This document shows, piece after piece, positions 1 to 11,425 of a stretch of DNA of 64,000 nucleotides (positions are counted from its first letter, which is position 1; each line of letters opens with the position of its first letter). Origin of the DNA: Podarcis erhardii. Lineage: Eukaryota. The stretch lies in the NCBI GenBank assembly GCA_964252035.1, contig OZ176212.1. One strand, given 5' to 3'. Below the pieces are notes generated by a model. The model made no database searches and was not told where the DNA came from. It saw nothing but the letters and a program-made list of their open reading frames with translations. Position numbers and translations under genes: made by a program.

Positions 1-1144
1 TGTTCTTGGGGATGAAATATGCTGCTGGTCGTTTTATGGGCAGGGCCGCAAGATTGCCGAAGTCTGCTGCACCTCCATTGTATATGCCACCGAGAAGAAG
101 CAGACCAAGGTAATGTGCAGACCCCTGAGCTTCAGATAGGAGCTTTCCCCTTCAGGATAAATTGTACCTGCTCTCCAATATGTCTGATCTTGCTCCTTCC
201 CTCCCTCTCTCCGTGGTTTCTGCCCAAAAATGGCTACTGCCAACCAGCAAAGCAGAAACAAACAAGGAAGTAAGGAAGTTGGCTGTTTGGATAAGTGAAT
301 GTCCTTTATGTGCTGATAAGTGAATTTTTGGATAGCAAGCGTGTGGATCGCAGAACCTGTGTGTACTGCTTTTCAGGCAAACATCATACATTTTCTTTGA
401 AAAAACAATATAAATTAAAACTATATTATAAAGCAATAAAGAGAGAGCCACAGGGAAGAAAGGTTTTTGAAAGTGAGGCCTCTACTTCCTTCAGGGCATG
501 GTGGTCCTTAGATAGCCCTCTGGTGGCATTTGGGGGAGGGAGTGGTCCCATACATGGGAGAACAGAATCTGAGAGGAAGAAGAGGTTTTCCCCATGGCAA
601 CTCAAGTGACTCTCTGGATAAAGTGCTACTTCAGGTCAACTCTCCCAGTTCCAGTTTTTCCCACCTAGCGAAACTGCAGCTCTGCTTACATTTTTATGCA
701 TCAAGGAGTTCAGAGCAGCTGTTGAGTTTTAGCCTTGCACTATGTGAGTTAAGTTAAACTGGAAAAAAACTGTAAAGCTCAAGTTCACCAAGCAAGGATT
801 TGAACCCAGGATTCCATATTGAAACCAAACACTTGCACCACACTGTGGACAGAACTGGTGTTGCTCAGTATGCTCTTGCTTTGCTGCCCCCATGTGCACA
901 GGTGGAGTTCCCAGAGGCACGGATCTTTGAGGAAACCCTGAACATCCTGATCTATGAGACGCCACGAGTGCCAGACAAGGCCCTCCTGGAGGCAACAGGT
1001 GGGGTGGCAGGTGGGGGTGGAGGCCCCCTCCGTGCAGGTGACGACGAAGATGGGCGGGAGCACCGTGTCCGGCGCATACATGTCCGTAGGCACATCATGC
1101 ATGATGAACGTCCTCACGGCCACCAAGCTGTTTTCAAAGACTGA
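1..1144 (+). CDS. KCTD13: KCTD13 (BACURD1, BTB/POZ CUL3 adaptor for RhoA), last two coding exons; 5' part outside window
   Basis: Exon <1..109 (frame from base 2: [36 protein letters not shown], donor AAG|GTAATG). Exon 902..1144 (acceptor CACAG|, [34 protein letters not shown]...[29 protein letters not shown]). The Gly-rich linker and [12 protein letters not shown] tail match KCTD13 rather than TNFAIP1 or KCTD10. Confidence 0.95.
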
Positions 1145-2544
1145 TCCCGCCTCGCTCGCAATGTCCTCATTACTCCATCCATTTAGTGCCAAAGGAGGAC
1201 CTGTTTTCTCCTTTTGATCTTTCACCTCATGGTCTTCTCATTGATGTTTGCATCCTTTTCTAACTTCTCTCTCCCTCTGGGCTGCTTTTCTGCCCTCTTG
1301 CTATCCCTTGACTTTATTAAGCCCTCCTTTTTATTGTGACAATTGACCTCTTGGTCTGCCCCTTCATTTTACTGGCATGCTCTTTCCAGCTGTTAATTTC
1401 CCCTAATGCTTCAGTCTTAAACACCCAACTTCCCACTTCCCCTCACCACCCCACCTATTTCATAATCTGCAAGACACCACTGAAACCTGGTTTGTGGTCC
1501 TTTATTCAAAACCTCTTGACCCTGAGCCTTTCTAACCTGAGACCGACTGACTCTTAACTGTCCTCTAAATTAGGCTCCATGGAACAACAACATTATAACT
1601 GAGAGAGCTATATGTGAGCAAAGCATATGAATCAGGGGAGCTTACATTCCATCTCAGCTTAATACTGGGCCTCTGGTGACTTCCATTTTGTAACACTGTT
1701 ATTGGCCTCTTTCAAAGGTCACAGACGAGGTGCTACCTAGACAGGGGTGTGTCAGTTCTTACATAATTACCAATTTTGATCTCTCCATTCTGGGGTCTTC
1801 TGCCCTTTGCTTTATGGTACATAGTTGTTTTTTTTATTGGGTCAACCCCCAACCCACCCTTGGTTTCTCTTCACCTACTTTTAACTTCTCTGTTGAAGAA
1901 ACTGCCTGGATTTATGAGAAGGCATACATTGTTCAGGCAAAAACTGGCTACACGCCATTTAAAATTTTTGATAATGGCATTGACATAACCGGGATTATAC
2001 AACATATTTATTGGTGTCTTTTTTTTCTGGAATAATTTCAGCTACATTTAGCCTCCTGTGAGCAAAGGAGATTAAATCCAGTGTTAATCAGCCATTTAAA
2101 AAATTCACGCATACAAACGTGGCACCTTTAACCTTTGCATTAGAGCAGGAGATAACACTCGTGAAATTGGTTCTTATTACTTATTGTCCTTCTGGGAAAG
2201 ATGTCAGTCAGATAACAGCTGCTATTTTAAATATTTTTGTCTGAGTCAAAAATACAGTTTGACTGTCTCCTTAAGTGTTGTGTGACCTGGACCCTGATTC
2301 CATCCAAACTATTCTGTCCCACTTACAGGTACGACTTATATCAAAATATGTTAGATGCTTCAATCCCACACTTGATAAGCATCTACACACCATTACAAAA
2401 CAGCGGAACATGGTCAAGTGACTCCCTTCAGACATAGATCTGTGTAGGTACAGAAGTCTTACTTCTTCCTGCAGAGTTTGAGCACTTGCACTCTGCCCCT
2501 GGAATGCCTTCACCCCCTTGTTTCCCATAAGGTTGGGCGGAGGG

Positions 2545-2672
2545 GGAATCAGGGGTCCTCCAGAATACATTGGCCTACCAACTCCCATCAGCCCCAGCCA
2601 GCATAGCCGGTGATCAGATTTGATGGGAGTTGTAGTCCATCCATAACTGGAGGGGCACCATTTCCCCATCCT
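2545..2672. mobile_element. Degenerate hAT-type MITE (squamate 'actacaactcccatca...tgatgggagttgtagt' family)
   Basis: Internal inverted repeat CTACCAACTCCCATCA / TGATGGGAGTTGTAG and 3' end CTGGAGGGGCACCATTTCCCCATCC. Same family as the intact copies at 14977 and 45993. Ends approximate. Confidence 0.55.
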
Positions 2673-2998
2673 ATCACGGGGAATGGTATGCCGCTTCATA
2701 CAAACTTCAGCAAAGTGTAATATGGGACATTTCAACAGCCCTTTCAGTCAATTGTCTCATGGAACAGGGTTTGGATATTAATGGTGGTGGATGGAGAGGG
2801 AGGGTGAAATTGCATTCTGTAAATGCAGACTGGTGCAGGTAACTTTACTGGAGAGAAGGTATTATTTTCCTCCATTCTTTTCCCATCTCTATATCCTCCC
2901 CTCCCTGGAGGAGGTAACTTTCTTGAATTAATTATTGTATTTTTTTGTATTTGCATAATTTATTTTAAAAATGTTTTTTTTTTCTATTAAATTATTGT

Positions 2999-3004
2999 AA
3001 TAAA
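2999..3004 (+). terminator. Probable polyadenylation signal of KCTD13
   Basis: AATAAA after a U-rich stretch (2930-2998), about 1.85 kb downstream of the stop codon. Confidence 0.5.
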
Positions 3005-4602
3005 GGTACCTGCTTAAAAATGGGGAAGTTTCCTGGTGTGTGTGTGTGTTTTAATTGGATAAGGATCTGTGTCTCCAGGGCTTTTCCATGCCTAGACAGG
3101 CACATTTCCCAAAGGATATTAGTGACTTTAGTGAGCTGGATCATCCTTTTTTCTAACCCAGGGGGTTGTGTTTATTGGACAATTACAGTTGTTAAAGAGG
3201 AAGGAGTTTTTGGCATAGTTGGCAGCACATGTGTGTAATCTTACCTTGTTAACACTTGGGCAGCTTCTCTGTTCATCTGCTGCCTGTGGCTTGTTCCAGT
3301 AGTGGAAGAAAATAAGGTGAGCTTCCTTCTGGATTTTTAGGAACCTAAAATTTAAGGTGGGTGCAAGTTTTCTTGAATTCTCCCCTTCTGGATTGTAGTA
3401 ATGGAGAGCGTTTCAGCAGTTTGGTGGATGCCTTGGATTTTGTGAAGAGAGATGCTTTTGGGGAAGGGGATCTGTATGTTGAGTGCCTCAGGCCAGAGGA
3501 AATGGAAGATCTACTGACATTATCCAGCCTGCTGGTATTTAACTGGAGAACATTATAATATGCCTGTCTTTCTATAATAGTATGCCTTGATTTATACTAG
3601 TTGATGGCAGCTGCTGCTGTAACTGGGGCCTTGGAGAAGAAGCAAAAGGGTTGGGCAGGCATGATGGGCTACAATGCAGTGGCTGGATGAGTGTTTTAAT
3701 TTTAAGAAACCATATTTTGGTAACTTGGTATTCCTGCTTCCATATCTTGGTAGTTTCCTATCTCGTATCGTACCCAGGGAAGAAGAGTCAGGCAGAGGTA
3801 CGTTGCTAGTATAGATTCTCATACTAGGATTAAACAAAGGCTTTTGCCCATTCAGAGCAGAACCCACTGTTTACAATGTATCTCAATCTACACTAGTTTC
3901 TGCATTTTAACTCTGCATCCTCCTGTGCAAGAACATCTTATGTAGCTTCCTTCCCTGTGTGGTTGATTCTTCCAAATATAAGCAGTTATGATACAAAAAC
4001 TTAATCCTCAACAATGATCTACACCGTTCAAGTTGTCAAGTGTTAAAGTAGCAAAACCATATTGGCCTTGAGGGAATGAAGTTAACAAACCTTAGATTAC
4101 TATGCTGGAAATTAGTCTTCTCTCAGCTGCGATTAGGCTGTGCTTAGGTACCTTTACCTTTTTTTAGGTTTGTTAATAGCAATTGCCCAACAGTATAAAA
4201 AACTGAAACAAAGTTTACAAAATGACCCAGTGATGCACAGTATCTGCAGTTTTTTTGGGTTTTTTTGTATTACTGTACTGTATTATTATTTAAACATGAA
4301 ATACCTAGTGTTGCAGTTAAGTGGTGATAAACTTTTAACCCTTATATGTATGCAGTAGTTTGCATGTTTGCAATCTGCAAACAATCTCTACATATTTTTT
4401 ATATATAAAAGCAAGCCCCACTGAGCTCTATGTGAGTCACCACCAAGTATATTATTTATGATGGCATTTAAAGTATTTTTACCCTACCCTTCAGCCGACC
4501 AAGCCACCCAAAGCAGTTTACAGTAATGAGTAATATGGTCCCCTCCTTTACAATCTAAAACACCTGGCAAAAGGAAACGAGATTGGAAGGTGGGGAGCAT
4601 TA

Positions 4603-4684
4603 GGGCTGCGATCCTGACCTGGGAGTAAGCCCCACTGAAATTAATGGCGTTTACTTCCGAGCAGACATGGCAGGATTTGCAGCT
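4603..4684. mobile_element. Short palindromic MITE with TTA target-site duplication (PIF/Harbinger-type signature)
   Basis: GGGCTGCGATCCTG ... CAGGATTTGCAGCT imperfect TIRs, flanked by TTA at 4600-4602 and 4685-4687. Core GGGAGTAAGCCCCACTGAA recurs in related copies. Confidence 0.5.
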
Positions 4685-5780
4685 TTAGTTGCGAAACCCT
4701 TACAGCTGCTGGGCCGAAGCAAGAGTCCTGTGGCTGCTACTCATTTTGCTTTATGGATGGGGCCAGGTAGGTCTCACCCTTTCCATAATGTTCTTCGAGG
4801 GCGGCACGGGGAGCAGCCTATATATGAGAAAATACATAAAATTATATGGCGGTGGGGTGGGAAAGCACACGGTGCTTTTAAGCTCCACAAGAAAAACGCA
4901 ACCAACCCAACTGTACGAAAGAAAGTGGGCGGGTCAAGGAGTGGAGAAGCAAAGCAAAGAAGAGAGAGGGGGGGGGAAGCAACTCCCTCTAGTCACGTGA
5001 GAGACGAAGCGATCACATGACAGAGGGCAGGTCACGCGGCACGGTTACCTCCCCGGAAGCTACGGCGCTTTGGGGATCAGGTGACCAGAGGAGGCCAAAG
5101 GGGGGAACCGGTCACGTGGCGGGGGCTGGCTGGGTGAATGTGCCGGGCGGGCTTGGCTGAATCGCCTGGGCCTGAGGAAGGTGAAGGGAGGAGAGCGGGG
5201 CTGGAGCGCAGGGGGGCCGCCTTGTAGTTGGGGGGCAGCCGGCCAGAGGCAAAGCGGGCAGCCGGGGCTCGGGGCGGAAGCGACGGGGCTCCTTGAGTCA
5301 GGGCCTTCCTGGGGAGGTTCTCGGTTTTTTTAATTTAAAAAAGGAAAAAGGATCCCCCTTCAGGCGGAGGGTTCCTGGCTGTGATTTTGAGAGCGTCAGG
5401 CTGGGCCTAGAGTTATCGGAGCTCCGACGAAACAAGGGCCCCAATTGACGGAACCGGGAAAGGGAGGCCGAAAAGGTTGGAAAAGGCTGCGGAGGAAGTT
5501 TGCGACCCTCAAAAGCGGGGGCGGTAGATCTGGGCTGGTGGGTTTTTTAAAAAAAGCAGACTACCGGGAAGCAAAGCTTTTAGCAAAGGTTGCTGGGTGG
5601 GTGGGAGTCGCCTCGAGTGCAGGGGTGTAAGCAAGTGCGGTGCGGGGTGGAAAAAGCTTTTTTTTGCTGCTCGTAAGGAAGAAAGCTTCTGTTACGGTTG
5701 TAGGGAGGTGCCGCGTTTGGGGCTGGATCCTTGGGTTGGTTGGTTTTTCAGCCGAGAAGCGCTAACTGGGGTGGGTGGGG
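4660..5780. promoter_or_regulatory. CpG-island promoter of the NUFIP2-like gene
   Basis: Sharp rise in CpG and GC content. E-boxes GTCACGTGA 4992-5000 and GGTCACGTGG 5110-5119, ETS-like CCGGAAG 5053-5059, GC boxes. Lies about 0.5 kb upstream of the first coding exon. Confidence 0.75.
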
Positions 5781-6232
5781 TACCGTAGGGCAGACAGACA
5801 GCTAAAACGGAAAACGAGGGGACAACTTCCTCCCGAAGTTTTATACAGGTGTTTGTATACAGCGTAGGGTGTTGAAGCCTAAGCTGCGGAGGTGGAAAGG
5901 AGTGTAGGTATAAATAGAAGTAGTTTCCTTTGGTCCTTTAAGCTGCTGTAGCATTTCAGAAGTTGGGGAGCTCTGCAGGTTACCTGGCAACTTTCTCTGC
6001 TACCGAGGTGACTTTTGCAGCTGCAAGAGAGTGAATAGCTTTCAGGCACAGGCTACTAATTTGCAGTGCAGGGAAACAGAGGAAGAGTAGAGTCGCTGGG
6101 CACGCTGTGGTGTTTTGCTTGAAAAGGAGGCTGAGAGCAAGACTGTAGTCAGGACTCTGGGGTTTAGGAATACCTTTCACATCCTCGAAGCTCTATTGCT
6201 GTTGAGATCTGCATCACACACAGTCAGAGGCC

Positions 6233-6344
6233 ATGCAGAAGGAGGAGCTGGGAATGGATGAAAATCGCAACCCAGAGGAGGAGCTGCGTCTCCTTGGTGG
6301 AAAGAAGGAAAAATGCCACAACCTCAGCAACCGCATCCGGACAG
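6233..6344 (+). CDS. NUFIP2-like coding exon 1 (MQKEELGMDENRNPEEELRLLGGKKEKCHNLSNRIRT/G)
   Basis: ATG in good context (GGCCATGC), donor CAG|GTAACT. Phase 1 puts exon 2 in the NUFIP2-like frame. Confidence 0.75.
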
Positions 6345-9300
6345 GTAACTTAAACTGCATCCAGTATTTTATCTTCTTCTAAGTCACTTCTACGAAGTCA
6401 CTTCTGGTCCTCCAGAAAATGTTGGACCCCAATTCCCACGAGCACTAAGTCAGCATGACCATTGGTCAGGGATGATGGAAGTTGTAGTCCAGCAACATCT
6501 GGAGAGCCACAAGTACCCCAACCCTTCACCATCGCCAACTCAAGACTGGCTACTAAAAACCCAGCTTCTTGTGCACCCAGAGCTTTGGTGTTGGTGCTTA
6601 GCATTTTGAAACATTTCCTTTAGTTCCCAACGACCTCAGCAGATCCTTGCCCTTATCAATCCATTCACACACACCCCAAACTCCTTGCATACATCTGTTA
6701 TCCATTTAATCCTAAACTGAACTCCTGGGACAAGCAAGCTTTTTTCACCACTAGAGCGCATCCTTATTTCAATTTCCTTTACCTCAGCCCTATAGTGTCT
6801 ATCTGATTTGTGGAGCTGTGAACCCCCATCCCCCAAGCTAAGTTTCCTGCTCCCCCCCCCCAAAAAAAAGATTCAGACAGCCCATGTTGGGAATCCTACC
6901 CTAAACCATCAGCTGCTGCATCTCCACAGAATCATGCAGACTTGCCCCTTACCTGGTAAATCTCAACTTACTGGATCGCACTCCCTTCCCAGAGTTTGTT
7001 TCCTTTTCCTTACTGGGGCGGGTCCTATTTGGCTATTAATTCAGTGGCTCTGGTTTGATTAACTGCCTTTTGTAGCATGCATCTAAGTTCTAGCTGTCCT
7101 TAATGCATCTAAATGTTGAAAATAAAACCTTCTTTCTGTCACGCAGGGGGTGGAGCAGAGCTGGGCTACAGGCCAAGCCAGGTCTCCAGAGAAGGTGTGT
7201 TGTACTGAACTGGGATTGGGCTTTCCCCTTTTCCTTTCTGTCATGCTTTTTCTGCATGTTTTTCTGTTCCAGAGGTGGCTGCACCTCAGTGCTGGGTGAG
7301 GTACATTCATTCAGAGAACCTAGAGCCCTGAATGCCCACCCTCTATGCTCCCCATCTTCTCTTCCCTGTTGAAAAGATGTGGAGAAGTGATTATCTGCCA
7401 CCGTGCTTCTTTACTAGATACCCATGTGGAAAAAGTAGCATGTTCTTCATATCCCTTTCCTCCTCCTGTTACTCTCCTGGGGTATACTTAGGAGAGGAAT
7501 GAAGGCCTACAGATGGGAAAACGAGGACTCTTTAATTCTCTGGGCAGCAAGGCCAGAGCCCAGTGGCTTACAGGAAGGGATCCTAGAATTATTGGGAAAG
7601 GGTTTGAGGAACCTGAAATTGGTTAGGGCTTGAGAGAAGGAATCTCATAGGTTTGAGTTCTTCAGCATGAACACCTCTGGTTCCATTCCCCCCCTTTGCT
7701 AATCACAATGCAGAGAAGCTTGGAAACTTGAAGACAGCATGTTTTGAATGCTAAATAACCAGAAAAGCGGGGAGTGGGCTAAACCAACCTCCGAAGTGGA
7801 ATTTTCATATGATCTCCTGATGTTGCTGAACTACAACTTCCGTCAGCCCCTGTCAGTATGGCCATAAAGATGCAAAATGTGGTTCAGCAGTTTCTGGAGG
7901 GCAAAAGGTTCCTTGTACTTGTCTTAGAGTTTATAATTCATTAATAAATATCAGAAGAGGAATTCCCCCCCCCCATTTTATTGACTAAAGATCACTGTTT
8001 TGGAATTGACTGAGTTAGCAGCACGGAGAGGGGTTTTGAAATCACTTAAGTGATGTGAAGATTTTAGCCACCTGCACACCCCAGATAAACGACCTCAAGG
8101 GTATTTTAACCCATGGGCTATCTGCCTTATCTATGACCTGTTGACCCCAAACTGAGAGGTGAATGTGTCTGCATTCCAGATAAATGAAAACCAGAAATAT
8201 GTTCAAATATTTAGATATCATATTTAAGCACCTTTTAATCCCCCAACTTTCTTACCAAAACTCCAAACACTAACTGAGCAGTCTGGTATTTTGGGAGGGT
8301 TGGAATGAACTGCGCTGAGGCACCATTTTTGTTGATGGTGCACTTGACAAGAGTTAACATAAGCTCCCTACCTGCCGAAATAAAAAATGGGGTTGCTGCG
8401 GTGCTTACATTCTAGGTGTGAGAGGGTGACAAAGGGACGTGAGACAGGCATGGTCTTCACCCTTCCTCTTCTTCCTCTTCAGGTGCCTGGGAGTCCAACG
8501 GGTATACTGCTCCCTCTGAGATAGCTGACGAACCCAGTGTTCCCCTGAGCCCTTCCAACAGCCTCAACATCCGCAATCTCCAGTTGTCTGAGCGGGACCC
8601 TCCTGTTGCCCACCATCCCCACCGCTACCCTCATCGCTTTTACCATGCCCGCCCCTTCCATGCTACAGCATACCGCAAGACCTACCGAGGCAGCCCCTCA
8701 GACCGCAAGGAATGGGGACCTAGCACAAACGGCCATCACTGTGCTCCTGAGAGCATCTCCAACGGGCGGTGGCAGCACCGGCGCCGCGGCTATTCCGACC
8801 CACCCTCCCCGTCGTCGTCTCCCGAATCCGAACGAGGCAGCACCATCAAAGCCAGTGAGAAGCCTGCCGCCACATCTAATGCCGCCAACACAGCCAACGA
8901 GGATTCTGGGAAGGAAACATGGTCGCTCTTCCGGCCACTTCCCGCTTTCCCTGTCGATAGCAGCAGTGCCCGGATCATCCCCAAGATCTCTTATGCCAGC
9001 AAGCTGAAAGAGAACCTGGATCAACCGGGGAAAGCCTGCCATGTTCCTGCCTCAGCCGTCCGCACCACCAATAGCCTCCCCAACTGTGTCTTGGCGCCAC
9101 CCCCAAGTAGCCCCCCGCCATCTGACAGCAGTCGGCAACAGCACCTGGGAGCCATCTTTCAGAATGAGTGGGGCCTCTCCTTTATCAACGAGCCGGGGGC
9201 TGGGCATGGAGGGGGTGGCGGGACGGCACCAGACGTGGATGAACGAGATGCAGATGCTGGAGCATCCTGGGAGAAAATGGAAGTTAGCGACTGGCAGGCT

Positions 9301-11128
9301 GCAAAAAATTACCATCTGGACGGTAAGGTGCTGGAAGGAGCCCAGTCATTGGGCAAGAGGGCAAGGGAGGAGAACCAGTGCATGTGTGTTGAGGCTTGGG
9401 AGCTGTTCCATAGGTAGCTGGACATAGTCAAGAGAGAAGGGGTGGAAGACACAAGGAAATGCTTCACTTGGAAAGCTAGGGATGTTTGTGGAGATGGTGA
9501 GTGAAGGGACAGTCACACAGCACAAAGAACTTTTGCAGTTCATGAAAGTGGAGAGGTGTTGGGTAGTATTGGCTGTCAGAAGAAATAAAGGACAATCTTT
9601 TCACTGCTCTGAGGTTGAATTCTACTATAGTTTACATTTGCTCTACAGACTAGGGCATGAATTACTTTGGGTAGAAGATGATCAAATAGCCTATCCCTAC
9701 CTTTTCTGATTACTTTGTCAGCTATTGTTTTTAGAAGGCTAAAGAGGTAGTTATAGATGGATATCATTTAGCTCCCTCATAATTTTAAACATTGCTCCAG
9801 AGAGCACAGATTCCCACATCCAGTTTTATGTAGCTTGGGAAAAGGTTTGGATGGGCATATGACCAGTGCACTGAGACCCCAACTTTTCTCAGTGTGGCTG
9901 AACTTTCGGGGCATTGTCTTGAGAAGTGAGCAGCTTCAGCTGTGCTGGAGGGTCTTAGGGTACTGGGGCTTATTTACAAACAGTGCTTGGCTTCTTCTAA
10001 TTTCCCTTTTCCCTCCCCCCCCCTTCTAATACAGAGTGGAGACATATATGGGAGCTACACAGTCAAGGTAAGCAAATGGAGGTGCCTGGGCCTAAATCAG
10101 TGGCTTCATAAATATGACCTTTAGGGCTCAACAGTGGGCTGGATAGCTTCATGTTAAAGGGGGTATGAAGATTTGCAGTAATGTACAACAATGTGAAGTG
10201 GAAGGGAGCAGAGTCCTAGGACAGGGATGTGACTCTAAGAATTGTGGGTGTGTAATTCATACTTTCCAATCCTTGCCATATATTCAGTTGTGTCTCCCTC
10301 TCTACTGTACCACACATGCAAAAAACAAACAAAAACCCACAAATTTAATCTGACCACTCGTATTTTGAACATATCCAGCCTTTTGTGAGGATTGCTTTCA
10401 GAAGCTGAGGGGCACTGATTCAACATTTTAATACTGTGTCTTTTCGTGGTTTGCTTTTTAATGTTGTGCCCTAGATGTGTTTGAGTGCATGTGCTCCATA
10501 GCTTTGAAGCCCTAACTGGTAGGAGTTGCTGGCTTTTGATCATCTAAAACAAGTTTAAAATTACACTTTGAAAATGCTTCTGACCCCACATCATTTGCCT
10601 GGAGAACTTGAGTCGGTGACACTGAAGACAAGTGCCACTGCCAGCCTGGGCCCATGAGCCAGGCAGCCAGGCAGGTTTTCTATTCATGTAGTAGCAGGCA
10701 GGAGCAGGTAGATGCTATCTGAAAAACTGGGGTGATTGGTTCTGTGCAGTATGGGGAAGTGAATAAACTGGGCCTTATGAAGTTGTGTGATGGGAGATAG
10801 GAAAGAGAAGTACAGCTGCCGAAATCCACAACTATCTGGTGTTGGATATGGTATGGAGCTGTCTTAAACAATTCAACCAAATCACAAAAGAGCTGCATAT
10901 GTGGGAGCAGATTAATGAAGGGTCTGTTCTGTGGCCAGCCATTGAGGATAGCGGGGGGAAGAGTGGGGCTTCGGGCAGGGGTGTGTGTGTGTGTGTGTGT
11001 GTGTACACACATTATCTATGGCACATCTCCCTTCAAGGCATTGTTCCTGTTGCCATCACTTTTTCTTTTTCCATGTAGATCCTAGCAGAGTGACGGTCTA
11101 CACAGACACCTTCGATGGGAAGGGTTAA
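6233..11128 (+). CDS. NUFIP2-like protein (compact paralogue of nuclear FMR1-interacting protein 2), 4 coding exons, 344 aa
   Basis: Exons 6233..6344, 8483..9322, 10035..10067, 11079..11128. All introns are GT-AG and phase 1; total 1035 nt with one open frame. NUFIP2-type blocks: TGAWESNG, WSLFRPLPAFPVDSSSARIIPKISYASKLKENL, QQHLGAIFQNEWGLSFINEPGAG, DWQAAKNYHLDEWRHIWELHSQDPSRVTVY. Confidence 0.88.
8483..9322 (+). CDS. NUFIP2-like coding exon 2
   Basis: Polypyrimidine acceptor CTTCCTCTTCAG|, donor GACG|GTAAGG. Contains most of ORF 8584..9417 and the PKISYASK and IFQNEWGLSFINEP blocks. Confidence 0.92.
10035..10067 (+). CDS. NUFIP2-like 33-nt coding exon 3 (E-WRHIWELHSQ-D)
   Basis: Acceptor CCCTTCTAATACAG|, donor CAAG|GTAAGC. 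Aligns to NUFIP2 EMESIWNLQKQD. Confidence 0.88.
10980..11003. repeat. (GT)n microsatellite
   Basis: About 12 GT units in NUFIP2-like intron 3. Confidence 0.9.
11079..11128 (+). CDS. NUFIP2-like terminal coding exon (D-PSRVTVYTDTFDGKG*)
   Basis: Acceptor TTTTCTTTTTCCATGTAG|, stop TAA 11126-11128. Aligns to NUFIP2 DPKRIITYNEAMD. Confidence 0.85.
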
Positions 11129-11419
11129 CTTCAATAATTCCCAGGGGAAGCACCGCTAAGACATGAGGGGGGGCACATGGGGAGAGGCAAGATGCCCACC
11201 CCACCCCCCTTGAAGACTGGAGAAGCCCAAGCATCTTGAAAGGGGAAGCTCTGCCACCTGCCTACCTCCCTCCCTTTGCTGTTATAGCTCAAATTGTCTC
11301 AGTGGGGCTAACGCCTCACCTCTCTTTTTCTCTCTTGCTCTCTCTCTCTTTCTCTCTGATTTAATGCTCTGGTTTTTAATTTCTTCACATGGTTTTTAAT
11401 TTCTCTGGATTCCCCTGAA

Positions 11420-11425
11420 AATAAA
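11420..11425 (+). terminator. Probable polyA signal of the NUFIP2-like gene
   Basis: AATAAA about 290 nt after the stop, preceded by a twice-repeated TGGTTTTTAATTTCT motif. Confidence 0.55.

Noticed and set aside
1730-2035. 101-aa ORF downstream of KCTD13
   Set aside because: GTG start, within the probable KCTD13 3'-UTR, and no recognisable homology.
4667-5788. ORFs 4667..5020, 4689..5000, 5445..5630 and 5597..5788
   Set aside because: Promoter CpG-island artefacts; one begins inside a MITE; no domain or splice support.
9323-9417. C-terminal part of ORF 8584..9417 (GKVLEGAQ...ELFHR)
   Set aside because: Lies beyond the donor at 9322; NUFIP2 similarity continues in exons 10035 and 11079 instead.
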